In this document: positions 49,913-53,021 of the stretch, one piece after another
Numbering within the stretch: the first letter of the stretch is position 1
How the letters are laid out: each line of letters opens with the position of its first letter
NCBI RefSeq assembly: GCF_001194135.2
Contig: NC_068985.1
Coordinates: 108,354,048 to 108,407,068 of the forward strand
From: Octopus bimaculoides
Taxonomy: Eukaryota
Length of the DNA stretch: 53,021 bases
Direction of reading: 5' to 3'
The notes under the pieces: generated by a model
Database searches by the model: none
The model's input: only the letters and a program-made list of their open reading frames with translations
Told to the model about the DNA's origin: nothing
Translations under genes and position numbers: made by a program

Positions 49913-50939
49913 TACCGGTAAGTTTGTTTCCCTCTGTAGTCCTTAGGAGCCAAATTGACATTTGCTTAGCGAACATGCTCCTCAGTTCTTGTTTAAAAAA
50001 GAAAGATGGCAGACGAGGATTGTTCATTGGCGGAAAAGAACAGCCAGCTATCCGCAGAACAGAACAGCCAAGATGTGAAAACACTGACGCCAACAGCAAC
50101 CACAGTAACAGTAGCAGCAGTAGTAGCAGCAACAATAGTAGTAGAAGCAGCAGCAGCAACTACTACTACTACTACTACCACAACAGCAGCAGCACAAAAT
50201 AGTATGAATCTAACTTTCCATCATTAAAGCCTCACCATCGCAGGAATAACAAAAGTGAAGAATACAGTTCTATATTTAAGAGATGAGGAATTATGTACAT
50301 TATTTACAATTGACGGATATTTGTCCTCATCTTGTTTGTTGTTAACACAACGTTTCTTGAATAATGGTTGTTGAACAAAACACCAATGTTTCGAGAGCTG
50401 AATTATTCAAACTCCAAATAATTACTTTCAACACATGGCTATGATACTCCCCCACTACTTCTGCTCGTGATCAGAGATACCCATAACGTCAGATACCAAA
50501 GGACAGGCTCAACTGGTGAAGGTCAATCAACTGACAAACAAATCTGTAATATTGAGCAGACTATTTGCTGTAGCCCATCTTTTACACCAATACAAAACAA
50601 TGTACGCAATAACTCTTTCAATCATTTAAGATTAGAAGTCATGAGAGCCACTGCTTCGTACTGCATCAGGGCATTCTTCTTCTTCTTCTTCTTCTTCTCC
50701 TTCTTCTTCTCCTTATTATTATTATTAGAGAATGCAGTGAGCTAGCCGAATCTTTAGAACGCCAGGTAGAATGCATAGTGGCATTTTGTCCGTCTTAACG
50801 GTCTGTGTTCAAATTCCGGCGAGGTCGATTTCGCCTTTCATTATTTCGGGATCGATAAATTAGTACCGGAGTCGGGGTGATCGATTATCCCTTTCCCCAC
50901 AATTTCCAGGCTTCCTGCATTTTCTAGAAGGGATTATTA

Positions 50940-51460
50940 TTATTTGCCGATTCTGCGATGAAGAGATTGAAATAGTGGACCTCTTAGTCTCTGGATTTAA
51001 ACTTTGAGCACTAGTAGAGCATGAATGAAGATATAAGAGGTTAATATGTCGGCATTATAGAATCAAAGCTGTTCACAAATGGTATAATTATTCCTTTGAG
51101 TCTATAACGTTGTACTGATTCTTTGGGGCTTTCCTGTACGTACAGACAAAGCTATCAAAAGTAATAAACCGGATAGTATTGTAAAAGTCCAAACTATATT
51201 CTGTTTATTGACATGTGTATTTTTTGTTTGTGATCATAATATTGAGGGAAAGGAGTTTGACAAACTTAGGAAACAAGTTTGCTAATTGAAATCTAGAAAA
51301 TGTGACATCTCAAAGCGGTTACAATACCAGCACTTGGAATTATCAAAAAAGGATCTGACGATATTTTGAGAATTATCTCTGTCTTACCATCTCTGCAAAA
51401 ACGTACACAAGATTGTTTTAACAGTTTTTCTCACGCGTATTGAGAAAAGCATTGTTGCTG
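50940..51460 (+). mobile_element. R4/Dong LINE 3' fragment (CCHC/RLE region)
   Basis: CRFCDEEIEIVDLLVSG; WGFPVRTDKAIKSNKPD; ALGIIKKG. Confidence 0.7.
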
Positions 51461-51649
51461 TGAGAATGACAGCCATTCATATTAATATTTTTTTCCTTTT
51501 TCATAACTTTATTCGATTTTGTAAACGAACGATCTAGAGTATTTATTTTAATAGACTATCAATCTATACAGTGGGTCTCTTTGCCCTAGGTACCAGGAAG
51601 AAACAGAGCAAGAAGTGCAAACAAAATTGAAAGAAGAAAATCTCATAAC

Positions 51650-52585
51650 AATAATGGTTTCAAATTTTGGCACATGACCATAAGTTCGCGGGAGGGCGTA
51701 AGTCAATTACATCGACCCTGGTGTTCAAATGGAATTTATTTTTGTCGACCCCAGAGACAAAGTTGACCTCGTCAGAATTTGAATTCAGAACATAAAGACG
51801 GGCAAAATGCCACTAAGCATATTACCTGGCGCAGTAACGATTCTGCCAGCTCACTACTTAAGTTTCAAATTTTGACACAAGGCCAGGAATTTTGGAGAGG
51901 GGGTAAATCTATTACATCAACCCCATGCTCTACTGTTGCTTACTTTATCTACCCTGGAAGGATGGAATGTGAAGTCGATCTCAGCGAATTAATAATAATA
52001 ATAATAATATTTTCTAATAAAGGCACAAAGCCTGAAATTAAGGGGAAAGCAGATAGTCAATTACATCGACCCCAGTATGCAACTGGTACTTGTTTGATCG
52101 ACTCCGAAATAATGAAAGGCAAAGTCAAGCTCCGCAGTATTTGAACTCAGAAGGTAAAGACGAACGAAATGCCGCTAAACATTTTATCTGACGTGCTAAA
52201 GATTCTACCAGCTCACCGCCTTAGGTTTCAAATTTTGGTACAAGGCCAGCGATTTTAGGGAACTGGGTTGGCCGATTACATCAATCCCTGTTACTTAGTT
52301 TATCGACCCCGGGAGGATGAAAGCTAAAATCGATCTCGGCGAACTCATAATCATAATTATTATTTCAAATTTTTGCCACTAGGGCAACTTGAAGGAGGTG
52401 GGGTTGAGTCGATTACATCGACCCCAGTGTTCAACTGATACATATCTTAATCGACCCCGAAAGGATGAAAGGCTAAGTCGACCTCGGAAGAATTTGAACT
52501 CAGAACGTAGCGACGGGCAAAATACCGTTATGGATATCATCCAGCATGCTAACGTTTCTGCCAGCTTACCGCCTCCGTCATAATA
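51650..52585 (-). mobile_element. Cluster of about five same-orientation type-2 SINE copies
   Basis: Repeated attacatcgacccc..gtac..gatgaaaggc.aagtc.acctc blocks. Confidence 0.85.
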
Positions 52586-53021
52586 ATAGTATTGAAATGT
52601 GAAGAAGCTGTGAGTTTGTTTATATTCAAATAGGCACAAAAGAAATAATTGATATAGATTAAAATATCAAAACATTTCTCCAGCGTTCGCTATTTTACAC
52701 TCGTTCTGGTCTAACGACCCTCAATGTTTCTTTTCGTTCGGTTTCCTTGTATATCTCCACTGTCCTGTTTTTGTTTCCAACTTTGACCCTCCATAAATCC
52801 AAAATTTCATTTTGCTATTTATGGGAGCAACTGTCTTCGAAGACACATATTGTCGTTCAGAGCTCGAAATGAGGAGTAGATAGAAAACCGACATCTGATG
52901 AAGGGTCGTTCATTGTGTTACTTGTCCTGTTTTACATTTTTCTCTCATTGTTTGCGTATTTAACTCTTTTGTTTTCTTTTTTCATGCTGTTTACTATTGG
53001 TGATGTCCTGTGCCCATATAT

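Noticed and set aside
50344-50356. Minus-strand GAAACGTTGTGTT, resembling the 3' half of a Penelope hammerhead
   Set aside because: The CUGANGA half is absent; at most a truncated relic.
51388-51392. Apparent 5-nt micro-exon tttttgcag|AGATG|gtaaga
   Set aside because: It is not a multiple of 3 and lies antisense within the C-terminal coding remnant of an R4/Dong LINE.
52895-52940. CTGATGA-AGGG (and CTGAAGA-AGGG at ~45858) as hammerhead cores
   Set aside because: There is no downstream stem II closure plus GAAA.
1-53021. CRISPR arrays, rRNA or tRNA genes
   Set aside because: None seen. The tRNA-like A/B boxes belong to SINE heads, and the regular repeats are microsatellites or exon cassettes.

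Overview
Eukaryotic, AT-rich, repeat-dense genomic DNA with several N gaps. It is very likely octopus (inferred from cephalopod-type tRNA-derived SINEs and abundant (TA)n/(CA)n/(TATG)n microsatellites). Gene A (minus strand) is an inter-alpha-trypsin inhibitor heavy chain (ITIH)-like gene. Its 7 coding exons (17325->460) join through canonical GT-AG sites into an open 580-codon frame: signal peptide, VIT domain and vWA domain with intact MIDAS. Its 3' end lies left of the window. Gene B (minus strand, about 48367->25651) is invisible in the ORF track. It is a chain of eleven 15-30 nt micro-exons plus 84 and 105 nt exons, all phase 1-1 and multiples of 3, followed by three less certain terminal exons. 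These splice into a stop-free His/Pro/Arg/Gly-rich peptide. The micro-exons sit in tandemly duplicated intron-exon-intron cassettes (three families), which previously looked like plain tandem repeats. This cassette-built, freely skippable micro-exon array is the main finding; one hypothesis is that it encodes a variable protease-bait linker of an upstream ITIH paralog. The rest is decayed mobile DNA: mariner/maT elements (one full-length with TIRs), MITEs, R4/Dong, RTE, CR1 and Tx1 LINEs, SINEs, and Penelope-like fold-back elements, one carrying a minimal hammerhead ribozyme motif. All splicing is predicted from sequence only; repeat boundaries are approximate.
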